A stretch of 63,704 nucleotides of DNA, counting the filler, from Octopus bimaculoides (lineage: Eukaryota): the NCBI RefSeq assembly GCF_001194135.2. It is 3 parts of 3 records of this genome, joined end to end, with 100 filler letters (N's around TTAATTAATTAA, not from the genome) between each part and the next. Parts side by side here need not be neighbours in the genome. Positions count along the whole stretch, not along the records: positions 31,492 to 57,576 come from NC_068986.1; positions 57,677 to 63,704 come from NC_068989.1; 1 more part is not named here. One strand, 5' to 3'. Within the stretch, counting starts at the first letter, position 1. Every line of letters begins with the position of its first letter. Shown here in pieces: positions 48,660-61,862 of the stretch. The translations under genes were made by a program, and so were the position numbers. The notes beneath the pieces were generated by a model. The model saw only the letters and a program-made list of their open reading frames with translations. It was not told where the DNA came from and did no database searches.

Positions 48660-49092
48660 ATTCTTTTCTAATCTAGGCACGAGGCCCGAAATTTGGGGGG
48701 CGAGAGCCAGTCGATTAGATCGACTTCAGTACACAACTGGTTCTTAATTTATCGGCCCGGAAAGGATGAAAGGCAAAGTCGACCTCGGCGAAATTTGAAC
48801 TCAAAATGTAAAGACAGACGAAATACCGCTATGAATTTCGCCTGGCGTGCTAACGTTTCTTATTTCTTTATTGCTCACAAGAGGCTAAACGCAGAGGGGA
48901 CAAACAAGGACAGACAAAGGGTTTAAGTCGATTACATGGACTCCAGTGCATAACTGGTACTTAATTTATCGACCCCGAAAGGATGAAAGGCAAAGTCGAT
49001 CTCGGCGGAATTTGAACTCAGAACGTAACGGCAGAAGAAATACTGCTAAGCATTTCGCCCGGCGTACTAACGTTTCTGCCAGCTCGTCGCTT
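48660..49092 (-). mobile_element. Dimeric SINE family B (same junction as 3849-4234)
   Basis: Minus strand: head-core-tail1-aaagaaataagaaacgttagc-core-tail2. Confidence 0.9.
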
Positions 49093-49139
49093 TATCCTGC
49101 ATACTATATTAGATATGAAAGAATTATCATCTGTCTGTT

Positions 49140-49515
49140 TAATTTTCCATGATCTTTACTTGTTTCTGTCATTAGACTACAGCCATACTGAGACCCAACC
49201 TTGAAGGGTTTAGTCGAACAATTCAAACCCAGTACTTTTTAAGTCGGATAATCATTCTATCGTTCTCTTTTGCCAAACCGCTTGCTTACGGGGATGTAAA
49301 GGAAAGAATACTGGTTGTCAAGTAGCAGGGGATAAAAAACACCCCTTTCCCCCCTCCCTCTCTCTCATACATATACAATTGTTTCCACACAGTTTCCGTC
49401 TTTCAAATTTACTCTTACAATGCATTGGTCAGCGCGGGATGACATTAAAAAGCACTTGATCGAAATACAGCACAATAAGATTGAACCCGAAACCACGTGG
49501 TTGCTAAGCGAATTT
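49140..49515 (-). mobile_element. SINE family A tail and head segments
   Basis: tttacttgtttctgtcattagact.cagcc (tail) and cagtttccgtc...aaccacgtggttgctaagcg (head) in reverse complement. Confidence 0.8.
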
Positions 49516-49809
49516 CTCGACACACACACACAAACACACACACGTGTGTGTGAGAGAAAGAGGTTAAGTTGGTTCTTCTTTGGTTGTTTGTTTTCTTTAC
49601 TCGGGAAGAAATATCTTGTAAGGAATCTATTCAAATTTTTTCCTCGTTAATAAATTAAATAAAGTGCATCATGTAATCTTTATATACTTAATTTGATGTC
49701 TTTTTTTTTACATTTCAACTATAAAACAATCTCGTATCTAAGTACGTGTATAGATATGTATTTTTATGCTGAGTTAAACCAATATAATATGTGTGTGTGT
49801 ATGTGTATG

Positions 49810-49842
<33 letters not shown>

Positions 49843-50107
49843 GCATGTATTTGATTTCCATCAATATACTTTACTGTTAATCTATCTCAATCCATCCAGC
49901 TGGCTATCCCAACCTACCCATCCCTCTTATTTCGCCCACTCTATTTTTCCAATTTCTCAACTCTTACAAAATGGATCATATCCGATAACAAAGTGTCTAT
50001 ATTTTCTCCCCAAATGGTATATTTTTTTAACAGGGATGTCCTCAACATACCAGCATGCATTCACTTTAATATCACCCCTATCTTCACCTCTACATCCACT
50101 GTTTTCT

Positions 50108-50144
<37 letters not shown>

Positions 50145-50483
50145 CTCTTTCACTCTCTTCGTCCATATATAGCTACACTCCCACCTCGCCCACACCACTT
50201 CCTCTCAAACTTTCCCTGTCGTGTTTAGTTCATGTTTTTATCTTAACTTCTGTTTACACTTTTTTAAAAAACCTTGTTAGTCTTGTAATATCCGGGTAGC
50301 ATTGAGTGCATATTAGGTGATCACTGGCAAGTGGAACATCTCCCCCCCCCCCTCTCTCTCTCTCTCTCACACACACACATCTATATGTATACATACATAT
50401 ATATATGTATGTTTGCACATACATCACATCTATTCGCTTATAATCCATTCTTCGTACATACACTACACCAAATTATCTATCGG

Positions 50484-50548
<65 letters not shown>

Positions 50549-50666
50549 AAATTTAAATAATAAGGGTGAAAAATTGAGTATTAATTTAATTAATATTAAT
50601 TTAAAACCAGTGGCCTAGCATATTGAAAAATCTGAAGATTCAGAAAAATTATATTACATATGTAAC
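50549..50666 (-). mobile_element. Terminal fragment of family PLE-a
   Basis: aataagggtgaaaaattga..attaat..aaaaccagtggcctagcatattgaaaaatctgaagatt..aaattatattacata aligns with 14068-14153; starts at the edge of a (TATC)n tract and runs into a gap. Confidence 0.8.
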
Positions 50667-51429
50667 NNNNNNNNNNNNNNNNNNNNNNNNNNNNNNNNNN
50701 NNNNNNNNNNNNNNNNNNNNNNNNNNNNNNNNNNNNNNNNNNNNNNNNNNNNNNNNNNNNNNNNNNNNNNNNNNNNNNNNNNNNNNNNNNNNNNNNNNNN
50801 NNNNNNNNNNNNNNNNNNNNNNNNNNNNNNNNNNNNNNNNNNNNNNNNNNNNNNNNNNNNNNNNNNNNNNNNNNNNNNNNNNNNNNNNNNNNNNNNNNNN
50901 NNNNNNNNNNNNNNNNNNNNNNNNNNNNNNNNNNNNNNNNNNNNNNNNNNNNNNNNNNNTATATATATATATATATATGCAAAGTGTATGTGAATACATA
51001 TGTCTATATACGCTTAATCAGCTGCTAACAGAGTACAATCCCACAAGTATAGACAAATACATACATATGTACTACATATAGATAAACATGACTCTCTCTG
51101 TGCAAGCTGTTCCGGTGTTGATTTACATAAGTAAAACCTGTGAACATTATCTCTGCCTGCCTGAGTGACTGTCTGCCTTTTTTGTTTTCTTTCTTTCTTC
51201 GGGAGGCATGTGAAGTGTTATTTAAAAGTTCACTTCGAAACTCCATGGTTTCAGGTTTGTCTCCATTTCGTAGCATTTTGAACACCCTTTAAAGTAGCCT
51301 CGGATAGTCTACTGAGTTAAATTTAGTTGTCGGAAACTTTATGGAAGCCCATCAGAAGGACCTTTTTTTCTCCATTGACCGGTTTAAAAACACCACCTAA
51401 TGCTTTGATGATTTTAGTACAATCTGTAC

Positions 51430-51655
51430 CGTTGGAAGCATTCGAGTTAGGTCTTCTGTTTCAAGTCTTCTGTTTCAACCGGCTGATTGACAACCGGTGT
51501 TGGTTTTCTTTTATTAGATCCCCGAAACCCAGCGGTTCGGTAAAAACAGACCGATCTAAAGCAGTACTGAAGTTGATTTGTTCGGCTAAACCATTCAAGC
51601 AGTGCTCCAACACGGCTGCATTCCAATCACTAAAACAAGTAAAAGATAAAAGCAA
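51430..51655 (+). mobile_element. SINE family A 3' half
   Basis: ttgacaaccggtgttgg..cagcggttcggtaaaaacagaccgat..gtgctccaacacggctgca..aaacaagtaaaagataaaag. Confidence 0.8.
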
Positions 51656-51776
51656 GGTGGACTTCAGCAAAGAATATGTTCCTCTTTACGCACCTCCAAA
51701 CCACCAGCATTCCAGGAATGACTTACATTTCTTGTCCTTGCAACATCTCTGACCCCTTCGTAGGTTCTACTATATT

Positions 51777-51851
51777 AGGTATTGGTGCAAGAGTGAGCCT
51801 ACCATATCTATATATAACAGATATGGTAGGCTCACTCTTGCACCAATACCT
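51777..51851. repeat. Perfect 33-bp inverted repeat with 9-nt loop (pre-miRNA-sized hairpin)
   Basis: aggtattggtgcaagagtgagcctaccatatct (51777-51809) / agatatggtaggctcactcttgcaccaatacct (51819-51851), loop atatataac. Confidence 0.96.
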
Positions 51852-52729
51852 GAGATATATATATATCTGAATAATAACAATAAATGGAGCAAAACGCATA
51901 TAAATAAAAGTTCCTTCAATTCCTACACATGTTTCAAAATTTATGTGTACTCTACTCCAAAGAAGTAAGAACTGCTGGAATTCCACATATATTCATCGTC
52001 ATATTAGCCTCATTTTTGATATTTTCAATGTCATTAATCACAATACATTTATCATAACTATAATAATACTTTTATCATAACTTTAAAATATTTTGCTAAA
52101 AATGAACGAGTATTGTACGTGTTTTTTTTTTTTTTTTTTCAGAACTGTATATCTGCTATTGCATCACCCTGTANNNNNNNNNNNNNNNNNNNNNNNNNNN
52201 NNNNNNNNNNNNNNNNNNNNNNNNNNNNNNNNNNNNNNNNNNNNNNNNNNNNNNNNNNNNNNNNNNNNNNNNNNNNNNNNNNNNNNNNNNNNNNNNNNNN
52301 NNNNNNNNNNNNNNNNNNNNNNNNNNNNNNNTGTGTGTGTGTGTGTGTGTAGAACCACTTTGTTATGGAGCGCCATTACAGATACACAGCATATGTTTTT
52401 TTAATAAGTTATGCAGCTATCAAAACACTAACAGTTGTCATAGCATCGCTAGGAGAAGCGTCTGTATTTACATCTCATAATGTGTTACTGCTTTGTTATA
52501 TATATACACGCACACGCACATTATATCAATATAAAGATAATGAATGCAAATATATCTTTATGTATGTAGATTAAAAGTTGTGGGCAACAGTTTTGCACCA
52601 AAATAGATGAAATTTTGTACATCAGCTTATCTTTTACACGACCAGGTCACAGAATGATGTGTGATGTTTTTGCGATACATTCTCTAAAGATGGGAAAGAC
52701 CGAGTCCAAGGATATATATATAGTGTATG

Positions 52730-52985
52730 CGGCAAGTGTCTTCCACAATAGGCCCAGTACGACAAAAGCCTTTTGAGTGGGTTAGGTTGAAGGAAACTGA
52801 AAGTGTGTGTATGTATGTCTTTTCCTCTACCACCGCTTGAAAACTGGTGTTGGTTTGCTTACGTCCTCATAATCTAGCGTTTCGATAGATTAAAGGAATA
52901 ATTATTGAGATTGATTTGAGCTACTAAACCCTTAATGGTGATGCCCCAGCTTGGCCGCAGTTTACTGACAGAAACAAGTAAGAGA
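52730..52985 (+). mobile_element. Diverged SINE family A
   Basis: ggcaagtgtcttccacaatag...ggaaactgaaag(TG)...gccccagcttggccgcag..gaaacaagtaag. Confidence 0.8.
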
Positions 52986-53214
52986 TATATTTAGTATATG
53001 CATATGCATAATGTATACATATACACACGCGTACGTATACACTCGTATATGTACATATATATAAGGGTGTATATTTGTGCATGATTAAAACTTTTATCTT
53101 TTATTTGTCTCAGTCACTAGACTGCGACCATGCTGGGGTACCACGTTGAAGTATTTCAGTCGAACGAATCGGCCCAGTACATATGTTTTTGCAAGCACGG
53201 TATTTATTCTATCG

Positions 53215-53258
<44 letters not shown>

Positions 53259-53260
<2 letters not shown>

Positions 53261-53500
53261 CCCAAATTTACAGAAAACAAAAAACGAGGACGGGTGTAGG
53301 AACAACAAGCAGGTGTATTAGTTTAGTGCTCAAGAAAAATGGAAAAGTCTTTTGTTTCGAACCTACGCTCTTCGACAGAAAGTATCAAGAGGGTAAAAAT
53401 GGAGAGAGAATGAAAAAAACGGAGAAAGAAAAACTGCAGAGTTCAACGGTCCAACATCGTGAGATGACTAGAGAAAAAAGGTTGAATGAAAGGGAGATAA
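53259..53500 (-). mobile_element. PLE-type terminal repeat (family PLE-c) with hammerhead-like motif
   Basis: Minus strand 53382-53349: cttt-CTGTCGA-a-gagc-gtag-gttc-GAAA-c-aaaag; homologous to 229-430; preceded in element sense by a pyrimidine-rich tract. Confidence 0.6.
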
Positions 53501-53554
53501 TAATAAAATCGGTAATGGTGACCCCAACGACCTAAGGTGCGCAAGTGTGTGTGC

Positions 53555-53588
<34 letters not shown>

Positions 53589-53812
53589 GAGAGAATAGTG
53601 TGTGTTAGTGTGTATGTGTGAATTGGGACGAGTAAGTCTAATGTGTGTGTATTGTGAAAAGCAGTTGATGTGTGCACATGTATATGTGTGTCTGTGACCA
53701 AATAGTATACATGTATATAGTGTATGGTTGTAGGCGAAAATTATCTTTGTCTATGCGTGTTATGTGTGTATATATTGTCTGTGTTCAGGTTTTATGTGCT
53801 TGTTTTATATAT

Positions 53813-53860
<48 letters not shown>

Positions 53861-54106
53861 NNNNNNNNNNNNNNNNNNNNNNNNNNNNNNNNNNNNNNNN
53901 NNNNNNNNNNNNNNNNNNNNNNNNNNNNNNNNNNNNNNNNNNNNNNNNNNNNNNNNNNNNNNNNNNNNNNNNNNNNNNNNNNNNNNNNNNNNNNNNNNNN
54001 NNNNNNNNNNNNNNNNNNNNNNNNNNNNNNNNNNNNNNNNNNNNNNNNNNNNNNNNNNNNNNNNNNNNNNNNNNNNNNNNNNNNNNNNNNNNNNNNNNNN
54101 NNNNNN

Positions 54107-54168
<62 letters not shown>

Positions 54169-54499
54169 GTAATTAGCAATAACGTAAACACTTAAAATTT
54201 TTATGAAGAAATTACGCTCATATATACACTTATATATAATTTATCATAAGTTGGTAATTAAATAGCTGCTGATGTATCTGCAATTCTTATGAGAGATAAA
54301 ACGAAGCTCCTTAAGCATATCCAGTAAAAATTGATAGTCATTTTGAAAGTCAAATAACGGCGGTCAGATTCCACCTGGTGGACTCAGAATCATAATTATG
54401 CAGCAAAAAATACAAATTTGATCCACGAATTAATGGAAACAATGACACATTCCTTTAGGTGTTCCACCTCAAAATTTGCGGCCATGTTAGAGCACCACC

Positions 54500-55250
54500 A
54501 TTATCATCACCTTTACAATGCCCGTTGGCTTTTGATGAATGAGAGTGTGTTCTGCCGCAATATAGGCTTATCTGGTGTCTTGGACAGCAGAAGGTCAAGT
54601 GCTTCGTGAAAACATCTATTCTCGCTCCATATAGATACCTCAGATATTTTTGGCAAGATATTAAACATTCGTGGGGCCTTGAATCCCAAGCTATTGCAAA
54701 ATCTGGTCTTTACTCGAGGTAGGGAGTAGGAACTTTGGGCATTTTGTAGTGACATCTTGTTTGGAGATTGATATACCCCCCCTTGACAAAGTTTAGTATT
54801 AGCTCCTCCAGAATCTTCCCAATGTAATCTTTCTAGCCTTCGCTCCAAGGAATAAAGTCATAATTCTTTCAGCCTCTCTCTATTTGATCAATCTTCTTGC
54901 TAAAGCACCATTGAATTGTTTCATATCACACTATTAGACACTATGGGGTGACAGTACTTGAGAGTCGTATTCTAGACGGCTGAGGGCAAACTTCCTCCAT
55001 AGGACCAGCATAATTTCCTAGTCTTTTGCTTTTAAAGTTCTTAAAATCCATCTCGCCATTCACCTACACACTGACGCCATCATGGGGATATACGCATGGA
55101 AAGAAGTAAAGCTGTCCAGAAACTGAGATTGACTCTGAGATTTCTGTTCATTCTGGTCTGAAAAATCTTGACTGCAGAGTGTTCGGACAAGCTTGCCGAT
55201 TGCAGATGATTTGGCATTTTCCTACATTAAATTAGATGTTGTTTCCTTCA
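54500..55250 (-). pseudogene. CR1-group LINE RT C-terminal fragment
   Basis: FNVGKCQ, WILRTLKAKD.EIMLVLW..LSRLEY.SQVLSPH, ERRLER, FCNSLGFKAPRMFNILP..LDLLLSKTPDKP match the CR1-type C-terminal pattern. Confidence 0.85.
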
Positions 55251-55608
55251 TCCTATATATATATATATATATNNNNNNNNNNNNNNNNNNNNNNNNNNNN
55301 NNNNNNNNNNNNNNNNNNNNNNNNNNNNNNNNNNNNNNNNNNNNNNNNNNNNNNNNNNNNNNNNNNNNNNNNNNNNNNNNNNNNNNNNNNNNNNNNNNNN
55401 NNNNNNNNNNNNNNNNNNNNNNNNNNNNNNNNNNNNNNNNNNNNNNNNNNNNNNNNNNNNNNNNNNNNNNNNNNNNNNNNNNNNNNNNNNNNNNNNNNNN
55501 NNNNNNNNNNNNNNNNNNNNNNNNNNNNNNNNNNNNNNNNNNNNNNNNNNNNNNNNNNNNNNNNNNNNNNNNNNNNNNNNNNNNNNNNNNNNNNNNNNNN
55601 NNNNNNNC

Positions 55609-55878
55609 CCTTAACGTAGTCCTCGGGGATATTCAGCGTGACACAGTGTGACAAGGCTGGCCCTTTGAATTACAAGCACAACAGAAACAGGAACTAAGAG
55701 TGAGAGAAAGTTGTGGTGAAAGAGTACAGCACGGTTCGCCACCATCCCCTGCTGGAGCCTCGTGGAGCTTTAGGTGTTTTCGCTCAATAAACACTCACAA
55801 CGCCTGGTCTGGGAATCGAAACCACGATCCTATGATCGCGAGTCCGCTGCCTTAACCGCTGGGCCATTGCGCCTCCAC
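55609..55878 (-). mobile_element. tRNA-derived SINE family C
   Basis: Minus strand GGAGGCGCAATGGCCCAGCGGTTAAGGCAGCGGACTCGCGATC..GGTTTCGATTCCC (A and B boxes) followed by a non-tRNA body ttgagcgaaaacacctaaagctcc. Confidence 0.85.
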
Positions 55879-56661
55879 CAAGACATATACAAGTCTCTAT
55901 AAGAATACATAATATAAAGAGATATAAAGATATATATAGATACCATTAATTTTCGGAGAAAGACAATGCGTTGTTTGTCACATTTTTTAATAAATAAATG
56001 GAAGGACTGTGCCTATGAGCCGTCCGTCCTTTCTTCTTTTCTTTTAATATATATCTTCGTTCTAAGATTGGCTGGAGGTAGGAAAGATGTTACCAGCCGA
56101 CTGGAGACCTTGACAGAAGACTTGCAATTGAAGAGACTCAGTGAAAAACATTCTGAGTGTAGATTGTGGTAGTGGTGGTGGTGTTAAACCGGTGCGCAAG
56201 ATTAAGTTTTCTCAATAAGTTGGTGTGTAATAAATATATTTTGACACTACGGTACCAGAACTGTCACATCGTGAAGCTTGCAGATAGATTGATAGATAGA
56301 TTGATAGATAGATTGATAGATAAATATTAGAGTGTGTATAGAAACAGAGAGAAAGATACAGGCGGAAAGAAAGCAGAAGAGATGGATATGGAAAATGGAT
56401 TGTTTTAATCCAATCGTTTGCCGGAACTCTATCAAAATTAACATATTTTTGTGACGTTTTTATATTAAATATTTAATATGAAAGTCTTTTTTTTTCGGAA
56501 GGACGTGTTCTGGGTACGATTGATTAAATTATGAAGATGCTTAGAGTTATGAAGGGCTCTAGAGCGTGGTTTATTTAATAAATCCATTTCACACACAGAA
56601 ATACACCTAAATAGTGATATAGACACATTTCTCTCCCTCTATCCCAATTGCGTTCTCTCCT

Positions 56662-56719
<58 letters not shown>

Positions 56720-56748
56720 CACATACACACATATATATATATTTGTGC

Positions 56749-56784
<36 letters not shown>

Positions 56785-57576
56785 GAGTACATATATAAAT
56801 GTGTGAATGTGTCTATATATGAATGTGGGTGTATATGTGAATGTATGTGTATGAATGTGTGAATATATATATATATATATATATATGGAAATGAGTATGT
56901 ATGAATGAGTTCAGGTATGTGTGTGAATGTGTGCATTTATATGTGTGTGTGTGAATGTGTGTAAATATGTGTGTATGTGTTCATGCATATACATATACGC
57001 TTTTGTATGTATGTGATAGATAGAGAGATAGAGAGAACACATATGAGTGTATGTGTATAAACACACCTTCGTGTGTTTGGGCACAGCTACATTAAATGTT
57101 TCAATATACAAAAAAAAAACAAAAAAAAAAAANNNNNNNNNNAAAAAAAAAAAAAAAAAAAAAAACGAGTAATATTTCAGCTGTTAAAGACCTTCCGGAA
57201 AAATAACTGCATCAATGAAAGATAAATTGGTGATTAACTTATTAAATCTCTCTTTATCCGGTTCTTTATGGTGATTTTTCACTGAATTTCTAGAATGCCT
57301 GAGTGTGTGTATTTATGAGAGTGATTGATTAGGTATTTTATAATTAATACACACATACACCTATTAGACACACGCACACGTACATGCACCCCCCCTCTCA
57401 TATATCTGTTCATGCATTGACACATACATACACACACACACACACATACATACATACATACATACATACATACATAATCGTAAATCTGCACGCAAATACA
57501 TACATATACATACATTAATGGAAATATGTATAGATCGATACATATATGCACACACGCTCGCAGATCGATATATATA

Positions 57577-57676
57577 NNNNNNNNNNNNNNNNNNNNNNNN
57601 NNNNNNNNNNNNNNNNNNNNTTAATTAATTAANNNNNNNNNNNNNNNNNNNNNNNNNNNNNNNNNNNNNNNNNNNN
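57577..57676. other. Artificial 100-bp scaffold linker
   Basis: 44N-TTAATTAATTAA-44N. Confidence 0.97.
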
Positions 57677-57725
<49 letters not shown>

Positions 57726-57817
57726 GTATGTATGTATATATACGTGTGTGTGTGTACATACATACATACATACATACATACATAAATTCATCACCAGGTA
57801 TGTGCGTGTACGTCGTG

Positions 57818-57855
<38 letters not shown>

Positions 57856-58089
57856 TGTATGTATATAATTTTATTAAAAATTGTGACAGTTACAAAAGAA
57901 TGCAATATCAGCGGTTTATTTAGCTTACACGTGTTTCGAATAATTTAGCACCATATAACAGTTTGCATATTTAATTGAACCTTGATTTTATCGATTAATT
58001 AACCAGAACTACAAACCTTCTAACTGCCAACTATTAATATGCTGTATATATTGTTGTTAACATCCTTTTGTCTCGGCAGACAATGCAGT

Positions 58090-58420
58090 TGTGCATAAAC
58101 TAACCCAGTCTGGTTTTTACATTTCATGTCATCTCCAGTTTTGCGCAGGCCTGGGCTACATGTAAGAAAATCCAAGGTAGCCCAATCGTCAGGATTCCTC
58201 TCTCGACCTTGCTGACGTAGTCCAAAGGAGTGTAGAGCATTACGTTTGGCACCAGCTTGGTTGCAGGAGCTGCCGGAAGAGTGTCGAGTCAAACACTAAA
58301 CTGCCTACGGGGCTCCACTCCGGATTTCTTTGAAGGTTGTCTCCTTTCCGTAACCCTGGATAGGAGCCCGTACCGGGTACTGTCAGCCGGAGCCAGCAAC
58401 AACAACAACAACAACAATAT
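58090..58420 (-). mobile_element. Possible 5' region of an RTE-like LINE
   Basis: GC-rich island; acgtttggcaccagcttggttgcaggagctgccggaag..ggggctccactccggattt recalls RTE 5' ends in reverse orientation (recollection only). Confidence 0.3.
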
Positions 58421-59573
58421 ATATTTATTTATTTATATATATATACTTGCCAACACACATACATAAATATATGTCTGTACGAATACACATACACACACAC
58501 ACGTATTTTATTTTCCGGTTATCTTCGGACTTTAAATTATTCGTTAATTTTTGACCAATGACATTTCTTGAGACCAACAACACTTCGCCATGTTTAACCG
58601 TTTTCCGTTTTGCGGGGACATCACCAAAAAAAAAAAAAAAAAAAAAAAAAAAANNNNNNNNNNNNNNNNNNNNNNNNNNNNNNNNNNNNNNNNNNNNNNN
58701 NNNNNNNNNNNNNNNNNNNNNNNNNNNNNNNNNNNNNNNNNNNNNNNNNNNNNNNNNNNNNNNNNNNNNNNNNNNNNNNNNNNNNNNNNNNNNNNNNNNN
58801 NNNNNNNNNNNNNNNNNNNNNNNNNNNNNNNNNNNNNNNNNNNNNNNNNNNNNNNNNNNNNNNNNNNNNNNNNNNNNNNNNNNNNNNNNNNNNNNNNNNN
58901 NNNNNNNNNNNNNNNNNNNNNNNNNNNNNNNNNNNNNNNNNNNNNNNNNNNNNNNNNNNNNNNNNNNNNNNNNNNNNNNNNNNNNNNNNNNNNNNNNNNN
59001 NNNNNNNNNNNNNNNNNNNNNNNNNNNNNNNNNNNNNNNNNNNNNNNNNNNNNNNNNNNNNNNNNNNNNNNNNNNNNNNNNNNNNNNNNNNNNNNNNNNN
59101 NNNNNNNNNNNNNNNNNNNNNNNNNNNNNNNNNNNNNNNNNNNNNNNNNNNNNNNNNNNNNNNNNNNNNNNNNNNNNNNNNNNNNNNNNNNNNNNNNNNN
59201 NNNNNNNNNNNNNNNNNNNNNNNNNNNNNNNNNNNNNNNNNNNNNNNNNNNNNNNNNNNNNNNNNNNNNNNNNNNNNNNNNNNNNNNNNNNNNNNNNNNN
59301 NNNNNNNNNNNNNNNNNNNNNNNNNNNNNNNNNNNNNNNNNNNNNNNNNNNNNNNNNNNNNNNNNNNNNNNNNNNNNNNNNNNNNNNNNNNNNNNNNNNN
59401 NNNNNNNNNNNNNNNNNNNNNNNNNNNNNNNNNNNNNNNNNNNNNNNNNNNNNNNNNNNNNNNNNNNNNNNNNNNNNNNNNNNNNNNNNNNNNNNNNNNN
59501 NNNNNNNNNNNNNNNNNNNNNNNNNNNNNNNNNNNNNNNNNNNNNNNNNNNNNNNNNNNNNNNNNNNNNNNNN

Positions 59574-59650
59574 NTCTTCTTCTTCTTCTTCTTCTTCTTC
59601 TTCTTCTTCTTCTTCTTCTTCTTCTTCTTCTTCTGCTTCTTCTTCTTTTT
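59574..59650. repeat. (TTC)n/(GAA)n repeat
   Basis: Direct reading. Confidence 0.96.
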
Positions 59651-60494
59651 CAAAGGCTTTCAAACAGTATTACGTTTGGGGATTTCTCCCACCTGAATTG
59701 CACAGTTGCCACTTTTGTTTCAGTCAACCACTAATTGATCAGACGACGCTTATTGTCAACAAAATACAATATAAAATTTTAAACTCTATAATATTAGCGT
59801 TAAAAATAACTTGCTAAAGGGAGACAACTGCAGAGCCTATATTCAAATTATTTCCCTTGGTTTAACTTCAGTTCGATACTGTTTACTCGCTCGTCAATGT
59901 CGTCGCCTCTGTGTTGGTATCCGAGAATTTTGCTTTTTCTTTGTTGAACACTTCCTTTATGGTGATGCCACCAATGACTGTAGACCAATTCTTGCATAGA
60001 AAAGTTGATGGCATTGACTGCATGGCAATGTTGGTGGAGAACGAGATAGATTTTGTCGAACTTTTCTCTCCTATCGTTCGATTTCTTCCTTTTCTCTTCG
60101 GGGGGATTCGAAGTTTTTAGTTCCGATGGTGATGGAACACCGCCGCTTGGTATAGTCACAGGCTTGTGTTTCAAACGATTTAGGCTCAATTCCAGCGGCT
60201 TTCAGTATTGCTTTGCTCTTTTCCCTGATGTGAGCTCGCTGAATAACACTTGTGGAAACCTTGACGCTTCTAATGGACTTCATGGTATTCACAAGTAAAC
60301 AAACTTGCGGTCAAAACGAAAGCTACTGCCAAATGTTTATGCTATCTTATTTGTATTTTTATCCATTTTTACTTACCCATGTGCCATGCTGCGCGACACC
60401 AAAGACCTAATCTAGTTTTCTGTGCCTTAAGCGGTTCGGATAATCTTCCAATTAAAAACAAAACAAAATCACCCAGTACCAATAACATGTATAT

Positions 60495-60698
60495 AATATT
60501 TTCTATATAAATACGATGTCTTAGATTTTGCGGGAAGGAGATTACATCGACCCCATTACTCGACTGGTACTTATTTTATTGAATCTAGAAAGATGAAAGG
60601 CAAAGTCGACCTCGGCGGAACTCGAATTCAGAACGTAAAGCCAGGAAAAATGCCGCCAAGCAGTTTGTCCGGCATGCTAACGATTCCGACAGCTCATT
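60495..60698 (-). mobile_element. SINE family B monomer
   Basis: ctggtacttattttattga..gatgaaaggcaaagtcgacctcggcggaa..catgctaacgattcc. Confidence 0.87.
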
Positions 60699-60759
60699 GT
60701 CTATGTGTTATGCGTATAATAGGAACAGAAGCCGTCAGTCATCTAATGTTCCAAGTTGT

Positions 60760-61140
60760 CTGCAAAGTGGTGTGGTGTGGGGTATGGTGGTGTTGGGGTG
60801 TAGGGGAGACGAGAGTGGGGGAAGTAAGGGTGAGGTCTAAAGGATGGGGTTGGGTTAGGATGGGATGTATAGGGATGGTGGGGTTGGAATGTGTAGGATG
60901 GGGGTAGCGAGGGAAGGGTGACGATGAAGGCAGAGGGTGAAAAGCAGAAGGTGGGTAGGAGTGAATAGAGGAAGTAGGTGCCAGAGCAAGAGAGGAGAGG
61001 TGGGTGTGAGGAAGTAGGTGTGATAGGAAGAGAGGAGGGTTAGATGAAGAGCGGAGGAGAGTTGAGCCCATGTGGCGTAAAGGAGCGAAGAGAGAAGATT
61101 AATCTCTGCTCACGGCGAAGACGGAAGTCCTGATGGCCCC
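60760..61140 (-). mobile_element. PLE remnant: GIY-YIG C-terminus plus pyrimidine-rich 3' region
   Basis: Minus frame 61138-61040 GHQDFRLRREQRLIFSLRSFTPHGLNSPPLFI* resembles the R..RE..LI..L.T..P.GLN end of PLE endonucleases; followed by a C/T-rich tract. Confidence 0.6.
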
Positions 61141-61816
61141 GAAAATATACATATGTACGTACGTCTAAATGCTCTTACTCATCTACACTTATACAAAATA
61201 AACTCTCGCACACATGTAGATACACGAAGCTATGTATATATNNNNNNNNNNNNNNNNNNNNNNNNNNNNNNNNNNNNNNNNNNNNNNNNNNNNNNNNNNN
61301 NNNNNNNNNNNNNNNNNNNNNNNNNNNNNNNNNNNNNNNNNNNNNNNNNNNNNNNNNNNNNNNNNNNNNNNNNNNNNNNNNNNNNNNNNNNNNNNNNNNN
61401 NNNNNNNNNNNNNNNNNNNNNNNNNNNNNNNNNNNNNNNNNNNNNNNNNNNNNNNNNNNNNNNNNNNNNNNNNNNNNNNNNNNNNNNNNNNNNNNNNNNN
61501 NNNNNNNNNNNNNNNNNNNNNNNNNNNNNNNNNNNNNNNNNNNNNNNNNNNNNNNNNNNNNNNNNNNNNNNNNNNNNNNNNNNNNNNNNNNNNNNNNNNN
61601 NNNNNNNNNNNNNNNNNNNNNNNNNNNNNNNNNNNNNNNNNNNNNNNNNNNNNNNNNNNNNNNNNNNNNNNNNNNNNNNNNNNNNNNNNNNNNNNNNNNN
61701 NNNNNNNNNNNNNNNNNNNNNNNNNNNNNNNNNNNNNNNNNNNNNNNNNNNNNNNNNNNNNNNNNNNNNNNNNNNNNNNNNNNNNNNNNNNNNNNNNNNN
61801 NNNNNNNNNNNNNNNN

Positions 61817-61862
<46 letters not shown>

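Noticed and set aside
51231-51300. GAAACCATGG on the minus strand resembling the 14-kb hammerhead 3' half
   Set aside because: Followed by AG rather than UH, with no CUGANGA or stems.
58425-59817. Long ORFs (200-420 aa) spanning N runs, here and at 41-42, 46 and 61-62 kb
   Set aside because: Open only because N codons are not stops.
59848-60300. Overlapping ORFs in a moderately GC-rich block, possibly a LINE ORF1 remnant
   Set aside because: No diagnostic motif (zinc knuckle, RRM) identifiable by eye; left uncalled.
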